Part shown: one piece after another, positions 19,431 to 28,164 of the stretch
Layout of the letters: every line of letters starts with the position of its first letter
How positions within the stretch are numbered: the first letter of the stretch is position 1
NCBI GenBank assembly: GCA_964626665.1
Contig: CAZVGK010000011.1
Span: 22,551-86,550, forward strand
Direction of reading: 5' to 3'
Length of the DNA stretch: 64,000 nucleotides
Source of the DNA: an uncultured Gemmatimonadota bacterium
Lineage (GTDB): Bacteria > SM23-81 > DAOVCL01
The notes under the pieces: model-generated
Told to the model about the DNA's origin: nothing
What the model saw: the letters and a program-made list of their open reading frames with translations, nothing else
Databases searched by the model: none
Made by a program: the position numbers and the translations under genes

Positions 19431-20048
19431 ATGAGAGCATGGCTTCCTCCCCTTTTGTTTGTTATCGCCATAGTAACCAATGGCTGTTTTACCAACTTCC
19501 AGACCGCAAAGACGGTGGAGGGAACCAGCCTGACCGTTGGCTGGCAGAGGATCCAATGGGAGGATCGTTGGACGGATTATTATGTATTTATGCCCAGGTT
19601 TGGCCGGGCGGCAAGAAGAGGTAGATTTGGGTATGATGTAGGGATCAGGGCTGTGCTCATATACAATCCGGAGAAGAAAGGGAACCCTCTGGGCCCTACT
19701 TTATTAGAGGATTTCAAATTGCAATTCCCCAAGAACAGGATTGCTGACCTGGCGGTTGATACTGAGTTCTGGGGAATCTTCCCTATGAATCTATCGGTTC
19801 TGCTCAGCAAGGACCTCTGGGGTAGGGTGACACCATATTGTGAATTCGAGGCCAAGGGGATCCTGTTGAACCTCCATTGGGAGGAAGACTGGACCGTCTA
19901 TATGCCCAGTTTGGTCTATGGTCTGGAGTTAAAGCTCTCCAGGAACTCTTCTATCTATGTAGAGGGGGAGAGATGGTTAAGAGAGGGACTGGAGAAGAAC
20001 CTTCTCTTTGGAGTAGCATTTAGGAGGCATATCTCCACAAAGCGATGA
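19431..20048 (+). CDS. Hypothetical lipoprotein / outer-membrane beta-barrel-like protein
   Basis: Signal peptide ending TNGC; alternating hydrophobic beta-strand pattern. Confidence 0.55.
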   Translation: MRAWLPPLLFVIAIVTNGCFTNFQTAKTVEGTSLTVGWQRIQWEDRWTDYYVFMPRFGRAARRGRFGYDVGIRAVLIYNPEKKGNPLGPTLLEDFKLQFPKNRIADLAVDTEFWGIFPMNLSVLLSKDLWGRVTPYCEFEAKGILLNLHWEEDWTVYMPSLVYGLELKLSRNSSIYVEGERWLREGLEKNLLFGVAFRRHISTKR

Positions 20049-20143
20049 GGCCTGCCATTTTAAACGAAAGGGAGATAGACCAACCTGAAGGTCCTTCCTG
20101 ATTCCTGCCCCTTGACCGGCCAGATCCAACCGCTCAGTTAAAC

Positions 20144-21076
20144 CTAATGTGAAGAGCGGAAGGAGTCAACAGTGGCCCGCAGCCCCTTCTCCAGGTCTGT
20201 GTGGAGCTCCCAACCCAAGATAGCTTCAGCCTTCTGCGGGGAGAGGATGGATGCCTTGAGGTCTCCCGGGCGCGGGGGAAGATACTCCATCTCCCCCTGG
20301 TATCCTATTATCTTGATAAGCCTCTCACAAAGGTTTTGCGTGGTTGTTCCTATGCCCGTGCCGATGTTGATTGTCTGGCCATCCCCCTGGGAAAGGGAGA
20401 GTAAATTAGCCTCCACCACATCACCGACAAAGACATAATCCCTGATGCACCCTGGATCCCCTATCTCTTCCCGGCCGTTTATCTGGGGGGAGAGACCGGC
20501 CAGGAGACGGTAGGAGAAGATGGCTACCACGCCTGCTTCCCCAAAGGGATCCTGGCGCGGGCCATAGACATTAGCATATCTGAGGACGGTATATCTTAAT
20601 CCGGCAAGCTGGCCAAAGGCCTTCAGGTAGTATTCAAAGGAGGTTTTAGAGACCGCATAGGGGGAGAGGGGGGCAGGCTGTTCCCCCTCCTGGTGGGGGT
20701 GTAGGTCCTCCCCATAGATTGCCCCTCCAGTGGAGGCGAAGATCAACTTCTTCACCCCATAGCTCAGGCAGTTTTGCATTAAATTCAGGGAACCAAGGAT
20801 GTTTACCTGAGCATCCCTGAAGGGATCATCCACAGAGACCTTTACGCTGGCCTGGGCGGCATGGTGGTCCACTGCCTCCGGTTTCTCCTTTTCAAAGACC
20901 TCTTTTAAACTAGGATCCCTGATGTCCACCTGATAGAAGCGGGCAGCCGGATTCAGGTTCTTCCGTTTCCCGGTAGAGAGATCGTCCACCACGGCAACCT
21001 TATGCCCCCGGGCAATAAGCCCATCCACGAGATGGGAGCCGATAAACCCTGCCCCTCCGGTGACCAGTATCCTCAT
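20144..21076 (-). CDS. galE: NAD-dependent epimerase (UDP-glucose 4-epimerase-like)
   Basis: TGGAGFIGSH, YAVSK and RYANVYGPRQ. Confidence 0.85.
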   Translation of the reverse strand: MRILVTGGAGFIGSHLVDGLIARGHKVAVVDDLSTGKRKNLNPAARFYQVDIRDPSLKEVFEKEKPEAVDHHAAQASVKVSVDDPFRDAQVNILGSLNLMQNCLSYGVKKLIFASTGGAIYGEDLHPHQEGEQPAPLSPYAVSKTSFEYYLKAFGQLAGLRYTVLRYANVYGPRQDPFGEAGVVAIFSYRLLAGLSPQINGREEIGDPGCIRDYVFVGDVVEANLLSLSQGDGQTINIGTGIGTTTQNLCERLIKIIGYQGEMEYLPPRPGDLKASILSPQKAEAILGWELHTDLEKGLRATVDSFRSSH

Positions 21077-22086
21077 GGGGATTGATATTTAGTGGTAAAG
21101 GTCTGCATAATTAGGTCCAGTTGTCTCAGGTAAGGCTCCTTCTTTATCCCCGGAGCAAAGAGGGCACCGTCCACTATGTACCGCCTCTTGCTCTCCCGAT
21201 CCCAAAAACAGTAGAGCCTAAACGGCCCCCCGGCCACTAATTGGGGGTTCTGCCAGGTCCCCCAAACCTTCCAACCCCTGTGTCCATTTAAGCTAACGCG
21301 CCGCCACCCTAAGTAACTGGAGACTACCTCCTCCCCTTGATAGTAGGTCCTCCCTATCTCGTTCTTCTTTTTAATAACCCATTGGGGGGTAAGGATGCTG
21401 TCCTCGCTCTCCTCCCACCAGATGGATATCCATCTGTCAGGCACCTTCTTCAACAACCAAACAAACCCAGGGGCCTCGCTTCTCAGGGAGAAGCCCCAGG
21501 GGATTCTCAGATGCCAACCCCATTTCTGGAAGAGCTCCTTCTCCAATTTTTTCTGCTCGCCCTTCTTGAACAGCCAAACCATTGTCTTTTCGTTGAGGGC
21601 TTTCTCCATAACTCGAAAGACATCCTCTTTGCCCTCAGCGAGTTTCTCCCTGAGGGCCAGGTAGGTGGGGGCGGTAAGTATCACAAGTTCCTGATCTTTG
21701 GCCCAAACATCCCTCTTGGCGAAGAGAAAGGCCCTTCCCTCCTCAACCATCTGGCGGGCCTGGGGGCTTAAAAGGGAGTTGATCTCCTGGGCTGCCGGCC
21801 CCACTGAGTTTAAAGGGGAGATAAGGAGGAGATTTCTTGACTTCTTATAAAGGTCAAACTTGGCCTGGGCGATTTTCCTTACCGTAAAGACATTTTCCTC
21901 CTGGGGGGTGCGGACCTTCCTCTCGAATATCTCCTGCAGCAGGGGATAGACCATCTCCCAATCCTCTGGGTTGGCCAAGACCATAACCTCATGGTCTGAA
22001 CCAATTCCAGGAGGAAGAGGGGAACATCCCCCAGAGAGGAGAAGAAGGAGAATTGGCATAAAAAGGGCTCTTCTCATAGGCCGCAT
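21073..22086 (-). CDS. DUF4837 family lipoprotein
   Basis: Start moved to ATG 22086 (RBS GAAGGGAG, downstream of a consensus promoter). Lipobox LSGGC; DVWAKDQ, GGPF and KKEPYLRQL motifs. Confidence 0.75.
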   Translation of the reverse strand: MRPMRRALFMPILLLLLSGGCSPLPPGIGSDHEVMVLANPEDWEMVYPLLQEIFERKVRTPQEENVFTVRKIAQAKFDLYKKSRNLLLISPLNSVGPAAQEINSLLSPQARQMVEEGRAFLFAKRDVWAKDQELVILTAPTYLALREKLAEGKEDVFRVMEKALNEKTMVWLFKKGEQKKLEKELFQKWGWHLRIPWGFSLRSEAPGFVWLLKKVPDRWISIWWEESEDSILTPQWVIKKKNEIGRTYYQGEEVVSSYLGWRRVSLNGHRGWKVWGTWQNPQLVAGGPFRLYCFWDRESKRRYIVDGALFAPGIKKEPYLRQLDLIMQTFTTKYQSP

Positions 22087-22203
22087 TTGGCTCCCTTCAG
22101 TCACTCTGAAAGCGGGTTGGATAAATCCGACCCCTACAAAAACTGATGCTCCGCTGTCACCCTTGAAGTCCCAACCCACGGTCGGGACTTCAAACAACCC
22201 CCA

Positions 22204-22232
22204 ATTATAACTGGTCAAACCCTGCTTGTCAA
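22204..22232 (-). promoter_or_regulatory. Perfect consensus sigma-70 promoter
   Basis: Minus strand TTGACA (22232-22227)-17 nt-TATAAT (22209-22204). Confidence 0.8.
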
Positions 22233-22260
22233 CAAAAAAGCCGTTCCTCAATGGAACGGC

Positions 22261-23463
22261 TCAATCCCTGCTTAGTTTCCGCCTGAGCGTTTCTATCTCC
22301 TTCTCCAATCTATCCAGCCTCTGCCTGAGTTTCTCCGAGGAGAACTCCTCCTTTAACCAGTCCAGATCGGGAAACTGGAAGTCCTTCCATATTTTCTCCT
22401 TACCGATCCGGGAATACTTCGGCCTCTTTCCTATCTTAACTCTTACCGGTTTCTCTTTCCCATCCCTGATGATGAGGAGGTTAACCTCTTCCCCGGGAGA
22501 GGTGGAGGTAACCATATCCCTGAGCTGAGCGGAATTCTTGACCTCTTCTCCCTGGTATCTTACAATTATATCTCCCCTCATTATCCCTGCCTTCTGGGCA
22601 GGGCTCTCATCGACTACATCGGAGACCAAGACCCCCTTCTTCACCCTAAAATGCTCGCTCAAAGCAGGGGTAAGGTTCTGGATGATCACCCCCAACCATC
22701 CCCTTTCCACCTTACCCTCCTTGATCAACTGGGTAGCCGCCGCCAGAGCCTTGTTTATGGGAATGGCCAGAGCCATCCCCTGGTAGGGGAGAACAAAATG
22801 GGGAAGGGGAAGATCGGTTGACCTCTTCACCTTAGAGTAAGGGGTAACCCTTCCTAAGAAATGCGATTCTGTCGATCCTGAGGCCGTGCCGGTGACTATC
22901 CCTACCAACTCACCGTCTGAGTTTAAGATCCCCCCCCCGCTGTTCCCCGGGGAGACGAAGGCGCTTAGCTGCAGGAGACCATCCTCCCTTCTCCCGCTAA
23001 AAAGGCCAAGGGAGACCGAGGGGGCAAGGCCGAATGAGTTGCCCAGAACGATGACCCAGGAACCTGGCTTGAGTTTTGCCGAGTCGCCTATTTTGGCCGA
23101 TATAAGCCCATCGGCCTCGATCTTGAGAACGGTGAGATTTGATTCAGCATCTGAGCCCACCAGTTTTGCCTGATAGCACTTCCCATTCCAAAGGGTAGCC
23201 TCCACCTTTTGGTCCTCACCAACCACATCCCCGGTGGTCAGTATGTATCCTTCCTTCCTGATGATCACACCGGAGCCCACATCTTTTTGCGGGCCAAACC
23301 CATCCCTGGTGGAGATGCTCACCAGGCTGGGCCGAGCCCCCTGAACGATGGACTTTATCTCCTTTTCCAGGGGCTTAAGGACTGACCCATCTGCCCGGAG
23401 GAGAGGAATTCCCATACTCCATAGAAAGAGCAGGGGAATGAGGAACTTCCCCAATCTTCTCAT
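22261..23463 (-). CDS. htrA: HtrA/DegP-family trypsin-like protein with one PDZ domain; catalytic triad looks incomplete
   Basis: GSGVII, PGNSGG and PDZ SPAQKAGI present. ILTTGDVV and SNLTVLK stand where TNxHV and DLAVLK are expected. Confidence 0.85.
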   Translation of the reverse strand: MRRLGKFLIPLLFLWSMGIPLLRADGSVLKPLEKEIKSIVQGARPSLVSISTRDGFGPQKDVGSGVIIRKEGYILTTGDVVGEDQKVEATLWNGKCYQAKLVGSDAESNLTVLKIEADGLISAKIGDSAKLKPGSWVIVLGNSFGLAPSVSLGLFSGRREDGLLQLSAFVSPGNSGGGILNSDGELVGIVTGTASGSTESHFLGRVTPYSKVKRSTDLPLPHFVLPYQGMALAIPINKALAAATQLIKEGKVERGWLGVIIQNLTPALSEHFRVKKGVLVSDVVDESPAQKAGIMRGDIIVRYQGEEVKNSAQLRDMVTSTSPGEEVNLLIIRDGKEKPVRVKIGKRPKYSRIGKEKIWKDFQFPDLDWLKEEFSSEKLRQRLDRLEKEIETLRRKLSRD

Positions 23464-23475
23464 CTCTCTTCCCTC

Positions 23476-24012
23476 CTAAAATGAGGTAGCTTCCACCTGT
23501 GGCCGATTGGATATCACCGGGAGGATGTATCTTGTCCTCCCCTCGGAAAGGCTATCCTCTGGGGGCTTAAACCTCTCCAGGCTTATTCCCGCCTCCCTGG
23601 TCTGGTAATCGGATCCAGTCCCTAATAGCTGGTTAGCCGAAGGGTGAATGTTCACTATGTCCGCCTCTGAGATAAGATAGCTCCTTCTCTGAGGTGGGCG
23701 GGAAAGGAAGAGGTAACCGGCGGCCACCAGGAGGAACAGGGCGGCCAGGGCGGAAATCGGGGAGAAAACCCAGCCCCGACTCCTCGGGGAAGATTCCCTC
23801 CTCAGTTGGCCCCAGAGCCTGGCCTCAAATCCCGCGGAGGGCTCCACCATCTCCAAATCCTTTAATCTACCCACAAGCGCCCTCATCTGGTGCATCTTCT
23901 CCCTACACCTGCTGCAGCCAGCGAGGTGAGCCTCCACCTCCTCTGCGACGGCCTGATTTAGGGTTCCCTCTATGTAACCCGAAAGTAACTCCTCCAACTC
24001 TTTACAATTCAT
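23476..24012 (-). CDS. Zinc-binding anti-sigma factor (zf-HC2/ZAS) with TM helix
   Basis: MNC...HLAGCSRC and one transmembrane segment; directly downstream of an ECF sigma. Confidence 0.85.
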   Translation of the reverse strand: MNCKELEELLSGYIEGTLNQAVAEEVEAHLAGCSRCREKMHQMRALVGRLKDLEMVEPSAGFEARLWGQLRRESSPRSRGWVFSPISALAALFLLVAAGYLFLSRPPQRRSYLISEADIVNIHPSANQLLGTGSDYQTREAGISLERFKPPEDSLSEGRTRYILPVISNRPQVEATSF

Positions 24013-24072
24013 AGGCCTTCCTCCTTCATTAAGTAGTTCTTCTGTTTAAAGTGGCCTTCTGCATGCCACTCC

Positions 24073-24654
24073 TTAACTAATGTAGTCATCCAATATCTCC
24101 CTCAGCTTCAGCCTGGCCCGGTTAATCCTCGATTTTACCGTGCCCAAAGGACAACCAACTATCTCGGATATCTCCTCATAGGAAAACCCTTCCACATCCC
24201 GCAAAACCAAAGGCACCCGATAATTTGGCTTCAGTTTCCCGATTCCTTCCTGAATCTTTTGGCCCAGCTCCTTCTCCAAAAGCGCCTTGTCGGGGCTCCT
24301 TTTGATAGAGGAAAGCCTTTCCCCCCGTAGTCGAGTAAACGAGATAGGATTAAAGATGCTCCTCCTCCTTAACTCGCTTTTGGCCAGATTAGATGCTATG
24401 GTATAGAGCCAGGTAGAGAACTTGGCAAGGGGGCGATACCTTTCCCTGTGGCGATAAACCCGGATGAAGACCTCCTGGGCTATGTCTTCCGCCTGGTCGA
24501 AGTCCCCCACCATCCGGTAGACAAAATTGATAATCTTCAGCTCATACCTTTTGACCAAGACCTCTAAGGCATAATCATTTCCCCGGGCCAGGTGGAACAT
24601 AAGTTCCTCATCTGGTATCTTAGTCCTTCTCTGAGGTGAAAGATTCTCTCTCAT
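24073..24654 (-). CDS. ECF RNA polymerase sigma factor (SigW/RpoE-like)
   Basis: AEDIAQEVF, FSTWLYTIA and SYEEISEIVGCPLGTVKSRINRAR. Confidence 0.95.
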   Translation of the reverse strand: MRENLSPQRRTKIPDEELMFHLARGNDYALEVLVKRYELKIINFVYRMVGDFDQAEDIAQEVFIRVYRHRERYRPLAKFSTWLYTIASNLAKSELRRRSIFNPISFTRLRGERLSSIKRSPDKALLEKELGQKIQEGIGKLKPNYRVPLVLRDVEGFSYEEISEIVGCPLGTVKSRINRARLKLREILDDYIS

Positions 24655-24663
24655 CTTTAAACT

Positions 24664-24691
24664 TTAAACTCCTTGAAAAATTAAAAGTTCC
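24664..24691 (-). promoter_or_regulatory. Putative autoregulatory ECF promoter
   Basis: Minus strand GGAACTT-15 nt-GTTTAA, ending 9 nt before the ATG. Confidence 0.5.
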
Positions 24692-24899
24692 CTAAGGCGA
24701 GTCCCTTTATATATAATATCGGCATAAAAGGAGGGGAAATCAAGGATAAAAAGGAGTCTTGTAACAGTTCACTGGGCCCAGAAATTAGATGTTAGGCGCC
24801 CATCAGTCATCGGTTGCCAGTTGTTACCGATTTCTCCCTATGCTCCTTGTGGATGTTATCATCCACAAGGGAAGTGGAATGTGGGAAACATCTCCTGAT

Positions 24900-25332
24900 G
24901 CCGGTAATCGAGGTCTGGAGACCTCTCCCACAATTCAAAGGGGCCACTGGCGATGGTTCTGAATGTTATGATCCAATTTGGATTACTATAAGTTCATAGT
25001 AAGAGAAGGCTATGAACCCAGAGAGATTCGCAATCATCGCTTCGGAAATGTAAGTGCTTTGGAATTTAGGGTAGTTAGTCGGAACTCACGAGACTGGGTT
25101 AACAGATCACGATTGTTTAAGAGCCCAACTACCCAGGATCGAAATGAAATATTGTTCGGATGGACGGTTGAGAGTCCATAAGAAGGGAACGAAGGGAAAC
25201 AATCCAAGTCCTGACGAATCAGATGCTCTGATGCTGGCATTCTTGGAACTTGGGAAAAGGAAAGTCAAATTTCACTATGAAGGTGGTGGAGGATTGGGAG
25301 ATGACTTCTGGGATGATATAGAAGAAGATTAG
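24900..25332 (+). pseudogene. Decayed phage terminase large subunit C-terminal fragment (repeat B copy 1 = 25100-25332)
   Basis: LPRIEMKYCSDGRLRVHKK...SPDESDALMLAF resembles the TerL C-terminal SPDxxDAxxLAF motif. It is split across reading frames. Confidence 0.6.
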
Positions 25333-25382
25333 GCACTACGGGACTCAAATCACGGCGTATAATGTCTCCTATGTGTGTCTAT

Positions 25383-26069
25383 CTATACCCCTCCATTCGG
25401 CTCTCCCTGTTGCCCCTGAATCCCAGAACTACCTGAAGGATGGAACTGCCAAGACTTGTTGCGCATATCGGCCATCTTTTCAGCCGATTCGTGAATGTAA
25501 CTCCTGCGTTCCTGTGCTCGCAAAATCTCAAGGATTTCTTCTAGTATTTCCCGATCCCCTCTAATTAGTTTACTGTCTTCTATTGCTTTGTCTGCAATCG
25601 TCTTGAGTTTTTCTTCTAAGTCCGGCCAGTACCGATCAAAAACGCAATCCAGAGTCTTTTCAGGAAGCGCACGTTCACCCACTTTCTCTAACGTTTGATT
25701 TATTGTGCGCGCCAGCAGTCGGATATCTTCTTTTTCAAATTTTGTGTGTTCAAATTGAGCGAGCGGGGGTTCTATATCTGCTGGTGTCAACTCAAGCAAG
25801 AATGTGCATACATGTGCACCTTTAGGTTTTGATAGTGCCCCTACCTCAAACAGAATCCAAGGCGCATTAAGATTTTCTTTAGTCAAGCAAAAGATGCCGA
25901 ATTTTGACTTTTCAAACTGATCTGCTAGCTCTGAGTTCCAACGAACCCCTTTCTCCATGTTAGGCGACATCCATGGCTCAACAGCTTGGATAGTTTCTCC
26001 TAACCAGTCGTGTAATGCTTCAGCAGTTTCTTTGCTTCTGCTACCCGACCAACATAATAGGACTTTCAT
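25383..26069 (-). CDS. TIR domain protein
   Basis: MKVLLCWSGSRS...EPWMS...GVRW...APWILFEVGAL, with the catalytic Glu retained. Confidence 0.8.
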   Translation of the reverse strand: MKVLLCWSGSRSKETAEALHDWLGETIQAVEPWMSPNMEKGVRWNSELADQFEKSKFGIFCLTKENLNAPWILFEVGALSKPKGAHVCTFLLELTPADIEPPLAQFEHTKFEKEDIRLLARTINQTLEKVGERALPEKTLDCVFDRYWPDLEEKLKTIADKAIEDSKLIRGDREILEEILEILRAQERRSYIHESAEKMADMRNKSWQFHPSGSSGIQGQQGEPNGGV

Positions 26070-26115
26070 ATCACTACCTCCATTGTTATATCACCAGTCC
26101 TTCATAGTATAGTGG

Positions 26116-26418
26116 AATTCTCTACTGTGTTAAGAACTTTTCTCGATAGTTAAGAAAAAATGAGTAAAGCTTATGAAAAAAATCGTAGAACATATTTTAG
26201 CAAATAAGTCAGTCAAGAAGCATATAGTCAGACCTCTAATGAAAGTCGTTGCTCAGGATAGAGAATACAACTATCCGAATTTCTACAGGTAAAATTTATT
26301 ACTGGGAGCGTAAGATAGATTACAGATCATTGCGGTGAGCCGTAGCCCCGGATTCCCTCGCTCACGTTCGGGACAAGCCTGGCAATGACACTTGAAATAC
26401 CAATGTGTAAACTATAAT
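26116..26418 (+). repeat. Repeat A copy 1 (leftward promoter, short decayed ORF 26173-26292, REP-like CATTGCG...GCAATGAC)
   Basis: Aligns with 32306-32671; its 5' end recurs at 36231-36260. Confidence 0.85.
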
Positions 26419-26452
26419 ATGACTTGAGTAATACAAGGATAATCCTTATGTT

Positions 26453-27553
26453 TCACTTAACCATTATGGAAAAGCTATCTGACCAGGCATTGCCATCTTT
26501 ATCTGTAATACTCAAGCTGAAAGTTATCACATGATTATATGGACAGTTGTCAGCAACAGTAAATACAAAGTAACCATAAGCTTCCCCACCAGCTGTTAAA
26601 TCTACACCCAAAATATTCCATATATTATCAGAAATGGTTACATAAAGATCATTCTCACTTAAAGTCGCATTTACCCTCTTCGCTGTGCTCGTCCCAGTGT
26701 TCTTTAGATAGAGATCTAAACCTATGGTCTCGCCCCTGTTTACTATCCCATCCCCATTATCATCCGAATGAACCTCATAACGGGAGTATTCAATCTTTGC
26801 ACCAGTCTGCTTGACCGCTACAGTGAAGCTATCTGACCAGGCATTGCCATCTTTATCTGTAATACTCAAGCTGAAAGTTATCACATGATTATATGGACAG
26901 TTGTCAGCAACAGTAAATACAAAGTAACCATAAGCTTCCCCACCAGCTGTTAAATCTACACCCAAAATATTCCATATATTATCAGAAATGGTTACATAAA
27001 GATCATTCTCACTTAAAGTCGCATTTACCCTCTTCGCTGTGCTCGTCCCAGTGTTCTTTAGATAGAGATCTAAACCTATGGTCTCGCCCCTGTTTACTAT
27101 CCCATCCCCATTATCATCCGAATGAACCTCATACTTTGAATATACTATTTTCGCCCCTTTCTTCGGCATTGCATACACAGGCTTTGACTTATGCCCGCCA
27201 AGTCCACAAGGATGAACTGATGCTACCTGGTAGGAATATCTCTTGCCTGGGGTTAGTCCCGTGTCTTCATAAAAGGTAGTATCAATAGTTACGATTTTCT
27301 TGTCTCCACGATAAACCTGGTAATTTTTAGCTTCAGATACAGTATCCCAAGTTAATGTGACAGATCCATAATCAGGCGTTGCTTTCAATCCCGCCGGCGG
27401 TGGCAGTAAAACTACATTTGAACTGGGATTGTTAGGATCAAGTGGATTTGTATGCTCTCGTTTTGAACATCCCAACAAAGTTATCCCAATTGCTAAAAGT
27501 AATATCGAAAGGTTAAATATCCTCTTACTCATTTTTTGCTCCCTTTTTCTCAA
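26453..27553 (-). CDS. Lipoprotein with FN3 domain and two identical Ig-like (CARDB/NEW3-like) domains
   Basis: Lipobox LLGC; FN3 pattern LTW...Y.VYR...GLTPGKRYSYQV; duplicated domain. Probable start is MSKR (~27532). Confidence 0.75.
   Translation of the reverse strand: MRKREQKMSKRIFNLSILLLAIGITLLGCSKREHTNPLDPNNPSSNVVLLPPPAGLKATPDYGSVTLTWDTVSEAKNYQVYRGDKKIVTIDTTFYEDTGLTPGKRYSYQVASVHPCGLGGHKSKPVYAMPKKGAKIVYSKYEVHSDDNGDGIVNRGETIGLDLYLKNTGTSTAKRVNATLSENDLYVTISDNIWNILGVDLTAGGEAYGYFVFTVADNCPYNHVITFSLSITDKDGNAWSDSFTVAVKQTGAKIEYSRYEVHSDDNGDGIVNRGETIGLDLYLKNTGTSTAKRVNATLSENDLYVTISDNIWNILGVDLTAGGEAYGYFVFTVADNCPYNHVITFSLSITDKDGNAWSDSFSIMVK
26472..27133. repeat. Exact intragenic direct repeat, 308 bp, period 354 bp
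   Basis: 26472-26779 appears identical to 26826-27133. Confidence 0.9.
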
Positions 27554-28164
27554 AATCTGTAAGCAAGACCAATCGTGACTGTCCTGCCTTGCATACCAAA
27601 ATTAGCATTTAGACCAAGCTTTTTCTCTGCAAAAGCATAATAGAACTTCTCAAACTGTTTTTTGTTATACGAATTCGTTGAAAAGTAAGCGTCAATGATA
27701 TTCAGAGCCCAAATAGCAACACCTATTCCAAAATAAGTCCGAGAGGTTTTCAAAAGTTTTTCTGAGCCATCAAAGTATTTCTCAATGTCATCGATGTTAT
27801 CGGCCGACTTATACTTGTCATATTTTTGGTTAGACTGCCTAAGAAAATATATTCCTCCTCCGATAGTAGTAAGCGCTGTTGTGGTAAATATCAGACCCTT
27901 CAATGACTTTTTAGCAGCAAATTGACCATACCCCGGTAGAATGCTGGATTTCACTATATTTGCTATGGGTTCTTGCTTCTGTCTCAGGAATGTGTCTAAC
28001 TTACTACTTAATCGAGACAACCTCTGCCGTTCTTGTAGTCTTTCCTCTTCGCTTCCCCATTTTCTTAGCGGCACAAGGCCATTTTCTTGAGCCTTTAGGG
28101 GAGGGAAAATGAGTAACAACGAAATCATTTGAAAAACAAGGCATTTCATAACCCCTCCTTTCAT
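27550..28164 (-). CDS. DUF5683-like membrane protein
   Basis: SSILPGYGQF and WALNIIDAY motifs; signal peptide. Confidence 0.65.
   Translation of the reverse strand: MKGGVMKCLVFQMISLLLIFPPLKAQENGLVPLRKWGSEEERLQERQRLSRLSSKLDTFLRQKQEPIANIVKSSILPGYGQFAAKKSLKGLIFTTTALTTIGGGIYFLRQSNQKYDKYKSADNIDDIEKYFDGSEKLLKTSRTYFGIGVAIWALNIIDAYFSTNSYNKKQFEKFYYAFAEKKLGLNANFGMQGRTVTIGLAYRF

Noticed and set aside
22087-22251. N-terminal extension of the DUF4837 ORF in the track
   Set aside because: It spans a perfect promoter and a REP-like palindrome. The signal peptide starts at 22086.
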